The translations under genes and the position numbers were made by a program. A stretch of DNA of 64,000 nt from Nannocystis bainbridge. GTDB taxonomy: Bacteria; Myxococcota_A; Polyangia; Nannocystales; Nannocystaceae. The first letter of the stretch is position 1. Every line of letters begins with the position of its first letter. Positions 22,459 to 31,467 of the stretch are shown here, piece after piece. Below the pieces are notes generated by a model. The model was not told where the DNA came from, searched no databases, and was given only the letters and a program-made list of their open reading frames with translations. The stretch lies in assembly GCF_028368995.1 (NCBI RefSeq), contig NZ_JAQNDL010000001.1, positions 3,616,001 to 3,680,000 on the forward strand. The letters are read 5' to 3'.

Positions 22459-22818
22459 TCACGGTTCAGCTTGCTGGGCGATCGTCAGCTCGGTCTGTGC
22501 CTCGAGCTCGCCGAAGGTCCGGTGGTGGACGATGCGGCAGCGCTGGACCACGCCGACGAGCTGGTACTTTGGCTTCGCCCGGGCATCGATCCCTGGACCG
22601 ACCGCGAGCGGCTTGCCCGCCTGCTTCTCGCCGGAGGTGCCGGTGAGCTTGTCGGAGACGTACTCGACCCCGGTGACGAGGTCGATGATCTGGGGCTCGT
22701 GCTCGAGGACCGCCATCTTCCCGCCGAAGATTCCGCCCTGCATGCACTCGTACCAGACGACCTGGACGCGATGGCCCACGGGCACCGGCGCGTGAAACAG
22801 GACAGCGATCTTCTGCAT
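22459..22818 (-). CDS. Hypothetical protein (119 aa)
   Basis: ATG 22818 (MQKIAVLFHAPVPVGHRVQVVWYEC...), high GC3, ordered beta-rich composition. Confidence 0.7.
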   Translation of the reverse strand: MQKIAVLFHAPVPVGHRVQVVWYECMQGGIFGGKMAVLEHEPQIIDLVTGVEYVSDKLTGTSGEKQAGKPLAVGPGIDARAKPKYQLVGVVQRCRIVHHRTFGELEAQTELTIAQQAEP

Positions 22819-23210
22819 TCGCCGAGGATAGCCGCGACGTGACCGGCCGCCCAGCGGGCTCCGCTGCAGTCGCCGCGCGGGGAGTTCACCGCGACGTGCG
22901 AGGATGCGCGGCGACGAGGGCTTGCAATCGCATGCCTCCCGCCAGCTGGACATCGCTCGCGTATGCCGCCTGGACGCACGGAATCGGCCCGATGCTCGGC
23001 GCGTCCGGTCATCCGTGCGCTCCGCTTGCGCGGTCGTCGAAATACCTGTCCTTTCGGACATCTGACTCCGCGCGCCGGGGTCATGTTTGCGATCGTCGGT
23101 GTTCGCCTCGGGGCCGGGAGCAGCGAGCCTCCGAGCTCATGCCGCACGAAGCCTGCCGCTCGGGGACTTCACGCTGGCCGGGCCTGCGCCCTGGCGTACA
23201 ATGCCCGCGC

Positions 23211-24098
23211 ATGCAGCCGGTCGTCGGAGGGTTCACCAGCGAGGCCGGGCGCGCCGCCTTCATGCGCGCCCACGACGAGGCCATGCGGTGCCTGCCCGCG
23301 CCCGAGGCCAGCTTCGAGGTCGCCACCAGCTTCGGCACCGTGCGCGCCTGGCGGTTCGCCGGGCCGGGCGACACCCCGCTCGTGCTGCTGCCGGGCAAGG
23401 CCTCGAGCACCCCGCTGTGGGCCGGCAACCTGCCGGGCCTGCAGGCGCTCGCCCCGGTCGTCGCCCTCGACCTGCTCGGCGAGCCGGGCCGTTCGGTGCA
23501 GACGCGACCGATCACCACCGCCTCCGAGCAGGCCCAGTGGCTCGACGAGGCGCTGGCCGGCCTCGGCATCGCCCGCGCGCACGTGCTCGGGGTCTCGTTC
23601 GGCGGCTGGTCGGCGGTCAACCTGGCGATCCACCGCCCGCAGCGGGTCGCCTCGGTGATCGCCCTCGACCCCGCGCTCACGTTCGGGCCGATCGGCGCCA
23701 AGGTGGTGCTGTTCTCGGTGCTGGCCCTGCCGTTCATGCCCCGGCGCGTGCGGAGCTTCGCGCTGTCGTGGATCGCCGGCGGCGCGCGGACGGCCGAAGA
23801 CAGCGCCGAGGGCCGCCTCATCGAGGTCGGCATGCGCGTTTACAAGTCGCGCCTGCCGATGCCCACCTATCCGACCGACGCCTCGCTGCGATCGGTGACC
23901 GTGCCCGCGCTGGTCGTGATCGCCGGACGCAGCATCATTCACGATCCGCCGCGCGCCGCCGCCCGCGCCCGTCTGCTCCCGCGGGCGCAGGTCGAGCTGT
24001 GGCCCGACGCCTCGCACGCGCTCACCGGCGAGTATCCTGAACGCATCGCCCTGGCCGTCGCTGGCTTTCTCGCCCGACAGTCGGCCGGCGCGCCGTGA
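23211..24098 (+). CDS. Alpha/beta hydrolase (carboxylesterase-like)
   Basis: LVLLPG, DLLGEPGRS, nucleophile GVSFGG, C-terminal DASH. Confidence 0.9.
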   Translation: MQPVVGGFTSEAGRAAFMRAHDEAMRCLPAPEASFEVATSFGTVRAWRFAGPGDTPLVLLPGKASSTPLWAGNLPGLQALAPVVALDLLGEPGRSVQTRPITTASEQAQWLDEALAGLGIARAHVLGVSFGGWSAVNLAIHRPQRVASVIALDPALTFGPIGAKVVLFSVLALPFMPRRVRSFALSWIAGGARTAEDSAEGRLIEVGMRVYKSRLPMPTYPTDASLRSVTVPALVVIAGRSIIHDPPRAAARARLLPRAQVELWPDASHALTGEYPERIALAVAGFLARQSAGAP

Positions 24099-24267
24099 CG
24101 AACACGGCCAATTCGCCGGCGTACGGCGGCGGCGAGGCCGGCGAATGTCACGAGGCGCGAATACGACGAGCGCCGCGACGCCGACGTCCTCGGCCGCGAG
24201 CATCCACGATAGTGAATCACGGCACCGCGTTGTCGTGGCTGGCGGCGCTTGATACGGTGATGGTGCT

Positions 24268-24813
24268 TTGGACTGGACCGCCTCTGTTCTCGTGTTCGCG
24301 CTCGCGGGCGCCGCCCCGACGGTGAAGGACAGCGGCCAGACGGCGCCGGGGACGGAGGTCGTGCGGGTCAAGCGGGACTTCGGCAAGCCGCACTTCGACC
24401 TGGCGATCGACGCGTGGGTGTCGGCCGACGCGACGCGGCTCGACGAGGCCCGGCTGTGGTGGGTCAACACGGCCGAGCAGGACCGGCGCAAGCCGCTCGG
24501 GCCGATGGTCGAGCGCATGGTCAAGCTGCGCTACCACCGGGCCTCGAGCCGCTCGCTGACGGTCACGGTCACCGGCGACGACAAGGAGTTCGCGTTCGTG
24601 CTCGAGCTGGCCGAGTCGGGCCAGCTGCACGCGTTCGTCGCCATCGACACCGAGCAGGGCCGCCACGTCCCGCGCTGCCGCCTCAGCACGGCCCACCTGA
24701 TCGCCCACCGCGTGCTCGGCATGCCGGTCGGCCTCGCCCGCGTCAACGTCACCTGCAGCGACGCCGGCGGCGCGGTCCACAAGGGCACCGTCCGCCACCG
24801 CGAAGTCAGCTGA
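24268..24813 (+). CDS. Exported hypothetical protein (DUF4833-like)
   Basis: TTG start and signal-like N-terminus. The WWVNTAEQDRRKPLGPMVERMV pattern is reminiscent of DUF4833 (inference). Confidence 0.6.
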   Translation: MDWTASVLVFALAGAAPTVKDSGQTAPGTEVVRVKRDFGKPHFDLAIDAWVSADATRLDEARLWWVNTAEQDRRKPLGPMVERMVKLRYHRASSRSLTVTVTGDDKEFAFVLELAESGQLHAFVAIDTEQGRHVPRCRLSTAHLIAHRVLGMPVGLARVNVTCSDAGGAVHKGTVRHREVS

Positions 24814-24844
24814 CGGCGAAGTTTCTTTGGCAGGATGAACGACA

Positions 24845-24900
24845 TGCCCGTTCGGGCATGTCGTTTGGAGCATGCTCTTCGGAGCATGCTCATAAGGACG
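24845..24900. repeat. TGTC-N6-GACA-type array, 4 units
   Basis: TGCCCGTTCGGGCA, TGTCGTTTGGAGCA, TGCTCTTCGGAGCA, TGCTCATAAGGACG. Confidence 0.85.
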
Positions 24901-24971
24901 TGCGAATCATAGGCCGCGCTCGGCCATGTCGCTACGGGTTCACCGGCTCGCGTCGCGTGACGCAGAACCAC

Positions 24972-25108
24972 GACTGCCGCGCTCTAACCTGTCCTTTCGA
25001 ACATGCCGGCGAATCGGCCCGGCTGCGCTCGGACCTGTGCTTTCGAGCATGCCCGCGACCTGGCCCGGCCGCGCTCGGACCTGTGCTTTCGGGCATTCGC
25101 GCGACGAC
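24972..25108. repeat. About 46-bp tandem repeat x3, each carrying one degenerate TGTC-N6-GACA unit
   Basis: Core GCGCTC(TA/GG)ACCTGT(C/G)CTTTCGRRCAT, with CCTG at 24988, 25034 and 25080 (46-bp period). Confidence 0.8.
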
Positions 25109-25192
25109 GAGCGACCGGCCTCGTGCGCGGTCGTGCTCGCCGCGAGCCCTTTGACACCCTTCTGCGCCCGCTGCGGCGCCGGCCCCGGGGAA

Positions 25193-25233
25193 TCTAAGTC
25201 ATGCGTTTGACTTAATCAGTCGCACGACTTAGA
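25193..25233. promoter_or_regulatory. Probable TetR operator (long AT-rich inverted repeat) upstream of the P450 operon
   Basis: TCTAAGTCATGCGTTTGACTTAATCAGTCGCACGACTTAGA is near-palindromic, with nested TAAGTC..GACTTA. TTGACA at about 25151. Confidence 0.7.
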
Positions 25234-25254
25234 CCTGCCGATGCAGAGGTTTTC

Positions 25255-26472
25255 ATGAGCATCGACAGCAGCAGCAGCAGCAACGAGCCGGTCTTGGACT
25301 ATCCCCTCCCTTTGCCCAGCGCCCTCGAGCCGCCCGCGGAGTGGGCCAAGTTGCGGGCGGGCTGCCCGATCGCCCACGTGCGGCTGCCCAGCGGTGACAG
25401 CGCGGTGCTGCTGACCCGCTACCAGGACGTGCGCCAGGTGCTGGCCGACCCGCGGTTCACGCGCCAGCTCGGCAAGGAGGGCGCTGCGCGGATCTCCGAG
25501 GAGCCGGGCGGCGTGTTCGAGAGCCAGGAGGCGGCCTCGCTGACCGAGGGGCACGAGCGCTGGCGGCGGCTGCTGGCCAAGTCGTTCACCGCCAAGCGGG
25601 TGTCGGCGATGCAGCCGCGGATCGAGGCGATGGCCGATCAGCTGATCGACGAGATGGTGCAGCAGGGCGCGCCCGCCGACCTGATGGCGGCGCTGGCGTT
25701 CCCGTTGCCGGTGTGGGTGATCTGCGAGCTGCTGGGGATCCCCAGCATCGACCGCGACAAGCTGGCCCACTGGTCCAACGCGATGCTCAACCTGTCGCAG
25801 TTCACGCGCCAGGAGATGGAGGCGGCCCAGGCCGAGTTCTCGGCGTACATGTCGATGCACATCGCCGCCAAGCGGGCCGCGCCGGGCGAGGACCTGCTGA
25901 GCGAGCTGGTCGCGGCGGTCGACGAGGGCCACCCGCTGACCGAGCTCGAGCTGATGATGATCGGCCAGGGCATCCTGGTCGCCGGCCACGAGACGACCTC
26001 GAACACGATCGCCAAGATGATGGGGATGCTGCTCGGCGACCGCGAGCGCTGGGAGCTGCTGGTCGCCGACCCGTCGCTGGTCCGCACGACGGTCGAGGAG
26101 GCGCTGCGCTTCGACGCCAACGCCGGCTTCGGGCTGCCCCGCTTCATCACCGAGGAGCTCGAGGTGGCGGGCCAGACGCTGCCGCCCGGGACGACGGTGA
26201 TCTGCAGCATGGCGGCGGCCAACCGCGACGAGCAGGCGTTCGAGCGCGCCGACACGATGGACCTGCGCCGCTCGCCCAACGCCCACCTCACGTTCGGCGC
26301 CGGGCCGTACTCGTGCGTCGGCCAGGCGCTGGCGCGGACCGAGCTGCAGACGGTGCTGAACGCGCTGCTGCGCCGTCTGCCGACGCTGGCGCTGGCGGTC
26401 CCGGCCAGCGACCTGGCCCGCCGCGAGGGCCTGCTGATCGGCGGACTCGAGCGGGTTCCAGTACGCTGGTGA
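25255..26472 (+). CDS. Cytochrome P450
   Basis: I-helix AGHETT, EEALR (ExxR), heme motif FGAGPYSCVG. Confidence 0.96.
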   Translation: MSIDSSSSSNEPVLDYPLPLPSALEPPAEWAKLRAGCPIAHVRLPSGDSAVLLTRYQDVRQVLADPRFTRQLGKEGAARISEEPGGVFESQEAASLTEGHERWRRLLAKSFTAKRVSAMQPRIEAMADQLIDEMVQQGAPADLMAALAFPLPVWVICELLGIPSIDRDKLAHWSNAMLNLSQFTRQEMEAAQAEFSAYMSMHIAAKRAAPGEDLLSELVAAVDEGHPLTELELMMIGQGILVAGHETTSNTIAKMMGMLLGDRERWELLVADPSLVRTTVEEALRFDANAGFGLPRFITEELEVAGQTLPPGTTVICSMAAANRDEQAFERADTMDLRRSPNAHLTFGAGPYSCVGQALARTELQTVLNALLRRLPTLALAVPASDLARREGLLIGGLERVPVRW

Positions 26473-26475
26473 CCC

Positions 26476-27126
26476 ATGGCCGGACCACGCACGAGGCAAG
26501 CCCACGCCACCGAGACCCGCGAGCTCATCCTTTCGACGGCGGAGCGCCTGTTCGCCGAACAAGGCGTGGCCGCGGTCTCGAACCGACAGATCAGCGAAGC
26601 GGCCGGCCAGGCCAACAACTTCGCCGTGGGCTACCACTTCGGCACCAAGACCGACCTCGTGCTGGCGATCGTCCGCCGCGATTCACCGTCGATCGAGCGG
26701 CGACGCATGGAGATGCTGGCCGGCCTCCGCGGCTCGCAGACGCTGCGCGACTGGCTGGCCTGCCTGGTCCTGCCGCTCACCGAACACATCGCGTCGCTCG
26801 GCTCGCCGAGCTGGTACGCGCGCTTCATCGCCCAGGCGACGACGGACCCGGCGCTGCGCCAGCTGGTGATCGCGGAGACGGCGGTGTCGCCGTCGATGCG
26901 CGCGGTCACGGAGGGGCTGGAGCGGCTGCTGCCAGTGCTGCCGGCGGACGTGGCAGCAGAGCGCGGCGACATGAGCCGCCACCTGATCGTGCACGTGTGC
27001 GCGGAGCGCGAGCGAGCGCTCCAAGAAGGGGCGACGACGCCGCGCGCGACGTGGGAAGGCGCAGCCGCGGGCCTCATCGATGCGCTGGCAGGGCTGTGGC
27101 AAGCGCCGTTCACACCGACCGATTGA
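26476..27126 (+). CDS. TetR-family transcriptional regulator
   Basis: ILSTAERLFAEQGVAAVSNRQISEAAG...YHFGTK HTH. Confidence 0.93.
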   Translation: MAGPRTRQAHATETRELILSTAERLFAEQGVAAVSNRQISEAAGQANNFAVGYHFGTKTDLVLAIVRRDSPSIERRRMEMLAGLRGSQTLRDWLACLVLPLTEHIASLGSPSWYARFIAQATTDPALRQLVIAETAVSPSMRAVTEGLERLLPVLPADVAAERGDMSRHLIVHVCAERERALQEGATTPRATWEGAAAGLIDALAGLWQAPFTPTD

Positions 27127-27169
27127 AACTGCTTCACCCGAATTTCAAAGAATCGAAGGAGAGCCGACC

Positions 27170-27361
27170 ATGCGCGTGATTGTCGATCTTGAAAAATGCT
27201 GCGGGGCGGGCCAGTGCTGCTTGCTGGCGCCGCGAGTGTTCGATCAACAGGACGACGGGATGGTGATCTTGCTGGACCCGTCGCCGCCGGCAGAGCTGCA
27301 CGCGGCGGTGCGCGAGGCGGCTTGCGTGTGCCCGGGAGCGGCGATCGCCGTCGAGGGGTGA
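27170..27361 (+). CDS. Ferredoxin (P450-associated, 3Fe-4S type)
   Basis: AAGGAG RBS; MRVIVDLEKCCGAGQC...CP. Confidence 0.92.
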   Translation: MRVIVDLEKCCGAGQCCLLAPRVFDQQDDGMVILLDPSPPAELHAAVREAACVCPGAAIAVEG

Positions 27362-27445
27362 GCCATTAATTAAAATCGGTGCACCGCGAGAGCCGGGGCT
27401 CTGCTTCGCGGTGGCTGGGGGCTCTGCTCGCACGTCGGGGCGATT

Positions 27446-27530
27446 CGCTCACGGAAGCATGGGGAGCGTCTGGCGGGCGGCTCGGGTTCACGGGGTGTTT
27501 GTGACATCCCAGCGATCGCGGCCCCACTTC
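27446..27530 (-). pseudogene. 3' fragment paralogous to the 29059-29646 gene, with a nonsense codon
   Basis: Translates KWGRDRWDVTNTP*TRAARQTLPMLP* versus KWGRYRWDATNTPWTWASRQRLPMLP* at 29059-29140. Confidence 0.8.
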
Positions 27531-27564
27531 GCGGCGGCTTGCGTCTGCCCGGGGGCGGCGATCC
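27531..27564 (+). pseudogene. Duplicated 3' fragment of the ferredoxin gene
   Basis: GCGGCGGCTTGCGTCTGCCCGGGGGCGGCGATC (AAACVCPGAAI) versus GAGGCGGCTTGCGTGTGCCCGGGAGCGGCGATC at about 27314. Confidence 0.7.
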
Positions 27565-27652
27565 GCGGCCCATCGGGTAGCTGTCGCTATTTCGGTGTGA
27601 CTTCCATGAAGCGACCGCGTCGAGCAGGAGTGAGCCTGCGCGGCGCGCCGGA

Positions 27653-28645
27653 TCAGGTCTCGAGCAGCCGCTCGCTCAGCTCCCAGAGTCGCCGCGCCGA
27701 CTCTGGATCGATCGCGTGCGACGCGGCCTCGGCGGGGATGCTCTCCGGGGTGAGCGGCCTCGATTCGTCATCGAGGCGCGAGATGTCGTTGTCCTTGAGG
27801 TAGACGCCGCCGATGTCCGCGAGGAGAGGGCTCGTCGCGGCGAACACGATGGTGCTCGCGCCCTGCTGGGCCGTCTTTTTGCCGCGCTCCGGATCGATGA
27901 TGGGGTGGCCCGAGTCGTCGATGAGCCCCATCGCGCGCAGCCCGTCCGCGCCGGCCGCGCTGTTCAGCGTCGTGCCGACGACGACGCCGGGATGCACCGC
28001 GTAGCCGCGGATCCCTTCACCGGCGAAGCGCCGGTCCAGCTCGACGGCGAACAGCACGTTGGCCAATTTCGCCTGCGCGTACGCGGCGAGCGGGTCGTAC
28101 CCCGTCGAGAAGTTCGGGTCGTCCCACCGGATCCGGCCCATCCGTTGCGCTCCTGACGAGACCACCACGACCCTCGCGCCCTTCGCCGCCCGCAGGGCCC
28201 GCAAGAGCCCCAGGGTGAGCTGGAAATGGCCGAGGTGGCTCGTCGAGAGCTGCACTTCGAAGCCACGTGAATCGCGGGTGATCGTCCCGGGAGCCGGCAG
28301 GGCGGCGCTGTTCACGAGGACGTGGAGCGGACGGCGCGATTCGAGCCAGCGGCTGGTGAAGGCGTCGATGGACCGCGGATCGACGAGGTCGAGCTGGCCG
28401 ACCTCGACCCGCTCGATGCCCGCCAGCGCCAGCGCAGCGCGGGCCGGATCGCGCGCGCCCACGGTGACGGACGCGCCGGCCCTGGCCAGCGCCCGCGTCG
28501 TCTCGAGGCCGATCCCGGCGTGGCCCCCCGTGACGATGATGTGCTTGCCGCCGAGCTCGACGCCGGCGAGGACGTCGTCCGCCGTCGCCGCAGCGCCGAA
28601 CCCGCTGCCGATGGGATGCTGCTTGTGATGCATGCGGACCTTCAT
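27653..28645 (-). CDS. SDR-family oxidoreductase (retinol dehydrogenase/WWOX-like)
   Basis: AGGAGG RBS; TGGHAGIG, HLGHF, VSSG, YAQAK (YxxxK), HPG. Confidence 0.92.
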   Translation of the reverse strand: MKVRMHHKQHPIGSGFGAAATADDVLAGVELGGKHIIVTGGHAGIGLETTRALARAGASVTVGARDPARAALALAGIERVEVGQLDLVDPRSIDAFTSRWLESRRPLHVLVNSAALPAPGTITRDSRGFEVQLSTSHLGHFQLTLGLLRALRAAKGARVVVVSSGAQRMGRIRWDDPNFSTGYDPLAAYAQAKLANVLFAVELDRRFAGEGIRGYAVHPGVVVGTTLNSAAGADGLRAMGLIDDSGHPIIDPERGKKTAQQGASTIVFAATSPLLADIGGVYLKDNDISRLDDESRPLTPESIPAEAASHAIDPESARRLWELSERLLET

Positions 28646-29058
28646 GCCCCTCCTGGCGGCGCCAGGATTGGAAGGACCGGACAAATCCGCGGCTCGCTGG
28701 CACAGCGTCGACCTGATGCGAACCCCGTCACGGCGCGAGATGTCCTTGAGGACAGCCTGGGCGCGCGCTTGCCCAGAGAGGGGCTTCGGGTCAGCCTGCA
28801 ATCGGCGCCGGAGACAGCCCGACGGCCCGGCCTCACGCAGGACGGCGAGTCCCGCGAGCGGCGCGCCCCGCCGGTGAGCCCGCGCCAGAATGGCGAGGCA
28901 CCCCGATCGACGCCATGGCTGGCCGCCGAACAGCCGCCTTCTCGCTTCAATCATGCAGGCCTCTCCGGCCTCATCTCGCATGATTCGGTGCGGCGCGCTG
29001 AGTCGTGTGATTCGAATCGTCAAGACGAGTGACGAGACGTCATTCGTCGTACGAGCGC

Positions 29059-29646
29059 TCACGGGAGCATGGGCAGCCTCTGGCGGGAGGCCCAGGTCCA
29101 CGGGGTATTCGTGGCATCCCATCGATAGCGGCCCCATTTTTTAAAATACGGGTTCTCCTCGCGCCAGGCCGCGTACTCCGGGGCGCGGCCGAAGGTGACG
29201 CCTTCGAACGACCAGGCGTGCGCGAACAATTCGGCGCCGTCGGTGCAGCGCAGGAACACGGCGGCGATCCTGACCTCGCGCAGGGCCTCGTCGTGCTCGG
29301 CGACCAGCTCGAGCGTGGAGATCGCGGCGGGTTCACGCGCGGGATCGAGGAGGAAGCCGTCGGCGTCGAGGATGCACAGGTCTTCGAGGCTGTCGCTATC
29401 GATCGATGCGGGCGGCTCGGGGCGCACGGCTGGGGTCGCGGTCAGGATGCCCTGATGATTGTCGAACCAGACGACGCCTTCGCTGAGCTCGAGCCAGAAC
29501 CCTGCGAGCAGAAACGGCCGGTAGAAGGGCAGCGGGTGGTCGTTGTCGGAGTGACGGAGGCCGAGCACGAGCACGCTGCCGAGCCCCGCGGGCGCGAGCA
29601 CGGCGAGGGTGCGGTCGAGCGGCGCTTCGGCGGACACTTCGTGCAT
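29059..29646 (-). CDS. Hypothetical protein
   Basis: ORF MHEVSAEAPLDRTL... with ordered composition. The conserved paralogous fragment at 27446 supports coding. Confidence 0.6.
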   Translation of the reverse strand: MHEVSAEAPLDRTLAVLAPAGLGSVLVLGLRHSDNDHPLPFYRPFLLAGFWLELSEGVVWFDNHQGILTATPAVRPEPPASIDSDSLEDLCILDADGFLLDPAREPAAISTLELVAEHDEALREVRIAAVFLRCTDGAELFAHAWSFEGVTFGRAPEYAAWREENPYFKKWGRYRWDATNTPWTWASRQRLPMLP

Positions 29647-29790
29647 CGTAACAGTTCGCCGCGACACGGCGCTCCCGCGGCCTGTTGCGGCCTGCACGAC
29701 GCCGCGCGATCCGTCGCTCGCACCCCGCCATGCCGGTTCGATGTGCGCACCTCGCCGCCTCGATCGCCGCCGGCTCGCGCTTCTCCGTCA

Positions 29791-29876
29791 CCTCGCCGAA
29801 CTCGGCGTGCACCACCCAATCATGCGAGCGCCTCGCCGAGCTCGGCGTGCACCGCCCAGTCACGCGAGCGCCTCGC
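29791..29876. repeat. 40-bp tandem repeat x2 plus a partial copy
   Basis: CCTCGCCGARCTCGGCGTGCACCRCCCARTCAYGCGAGCG x2. Confidence 0.8.
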
Positions 29877-29912
29877 TACGATTGTAAAATTCACCGGTGA
29901 CGACGACGCTCG

Positions 29913-30758
29913 TCACGCGACGCGTTCGACGTCGACGGGCGCGAAGGCGGCGGCCTGGGCGGCGCAGCGGGCCGCGTATTCGCTGGGGGCGCTGCCGATG
30001 AAGGCCTTGAAGTCGCGGATGAAGTGGGCCTGGTCGAAGTAACCGAGCTCGGCGGCCAGGGTCGCGCCGTCGAGGACGCGGCCGGCGGCGAGGCGCTCGG
30101 CGGCTTCGTGGAGGCGGAAGCAGCGGATGACCCACTTGGGGCCGACGCCGACGTAGCGGCGGAACAGCCGCTGCAATGTTCGGGCGGGGATCTGCGCCAG
30201 CTCGGCGAGCTGTTCGACGCGGGCGATCGCCGGGCGGTCGAGGGCGAGCTGGACCACTTCGACCACGCGTTCGACGCTGGGGTCGGGGGCGGGAGCCCGC
30301 GCGCGCAGGAAGGCCTCGACGAGGTCGACCTGGGCGGCGTCGTCGTCGCAGGCGAGCACGGCGGCAGCGAGCTCGTCGGCGACCGGGCCGAACACGTCGC
30401 GCATGGGGACGCTGCGACCTGTGAGCTGGGCCAGCGGGCGCTGCAGGAACGGGAAGAAGGCGCCAGGGCGGAACTTGGTGCCGAACACGCGGCCCTCGCC
30501 GCGCAGCTCGACGCCGGCCCGCCGCGGGGCGCAGCCGTGCAGGGCGGCGCCGTGGGCGGTGATCGCCAGGTTGACGCACGGGTGCGGCAGCGTCTCCTGC
30601 ACGTGCGGCGGGCGGCCGCGCAGGTCCCAGCGCACGGTCCAGTGGCGCTCGACCCACGGCGACAGGTCGTCGGCCGGCAGGTGCCGCGTCAGCGCGAACT
30701 GCCCGCGCGCGGCCTGCGGATGGAGGACCCCTCCCGAGCGCGTGCTGGCGCGGTGCAT
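29913..30758 (-). CDS. AraC-family transcriptional regulator
   Basis: RTLQRLFRRYVGVGPKWVIR and LAAELGYFDQAHFIRDFK. Confidence 0.93.
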   Translation of the reverse strand: MHRASTRSGGVLHPQAARGQFALTRHLPADDLSPWVERHWTVRWDLRGRPPHVQETLPHPCVNLAITAHGAALHGCAPRRAGVELRGEGRVFGTKFRPGAFFPFLQRPLAQLTGRSVPMRDVFGPVADELAAAVLACDDDAAQVDLVEAFLRARAPAPDPSVERVVEVVQLALDRPAIARVEQLAELAQIPARTLQRLFRRYVGVGPKWVIRCFRLHEAAERLAAGRVLDGATLAAELGYFDQAHFIRDFKAFIGSAPSEYAARCAAQAAAFAPVDVERVA

Positions 30759-30812
30759 CGGCGTGTCGCATTTCTACAATACGCGGCCCGGCCGTGTCAT
30801 GAGGATCGGCGC

Positions 30813-31175
30813 ATGACTCAAGCCACCAAGCACTCCGGCGGATGCCACTGCGGTAAGGTCCGCTACGAAGTCGGCGTCGACCTCGGCCAGCCCATCCTGT
30901 CCTGCAACTGCAGCATCTGCGGCAAGACCGGCAGCCTGCTGGCGTTCGTGCCGAAGAGCGAGTTCCGCCTGACCGCCGGCGACGACCGCCTCACCGACTA
31001 CCAGTTCGCCAGCAAGACCATCCACCACAAGTTCTGCGACACCTGCGGGATCCGCTCGTTCGCCAACGGCGTCGGCCCCGACGGCACCGAGATGATCGCC
31101 GTCAACATCCGCTGCCTCGACGACGTCGACCTCGACGCGCTCACCATCAACAAGTACGACGGCAAGAGCAGCTGA
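30813..31175 (+). CDS. GFA/CENP-V family protein
   Basis: GGCHCG, CNCSIC, FCDTCG zinc motifs. Confidence 0.93.
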   Translation: MTQATKHSGGCHCGKVRYEVGVDLGQPILSCNCSICGKTGSLLAFVPKSEFRLTAGDDRLTDYQFASKTIHHKFCDTCGIRSFANGVGPDGTEMIAVNIRCLDDVDLDALTINKYDGKSS

Positions 31176-31188
31176 GCCCGATCCTACA

Positions 31189-31258
31189 TGTCCTTGTGGG
31201 CATGTTTCTTAAAACATGTCCGAATGGACATTACTCGAAGGGCATGTCTTGAAAGACA
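31189..31258. repeat. TGTC-N6-GACA-type array, 5 units, between convergent genes
   Basis: TGTCCTTGTGGGCA, TGTTTCTTAAAACA, TGTCCGAATGGACA, TTACTCGAAGGGCA, TGTCTTGAAAGACA. Confidence 0.92.
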
Positions 31259-31467
31259 TGCTCATTGGCCCTGGGACGCTCCGTCCCCCTCGCCATCGCC
31301 GCCGAGTCCCTGAGCGCCGATCCGCTCGCCCGGGCGCGCAGGACGCTGTCTTCCGGAGCTGACGCGTTCGGACGCTCTTGCTCGTCCGTCGCGAGGGTCC
31401 GCACCGAATCCGGACCCTCGCGGCGCGGATGCCGACGGCGAAGGTGCTCTCGCTGCGCGCGCGCCGG

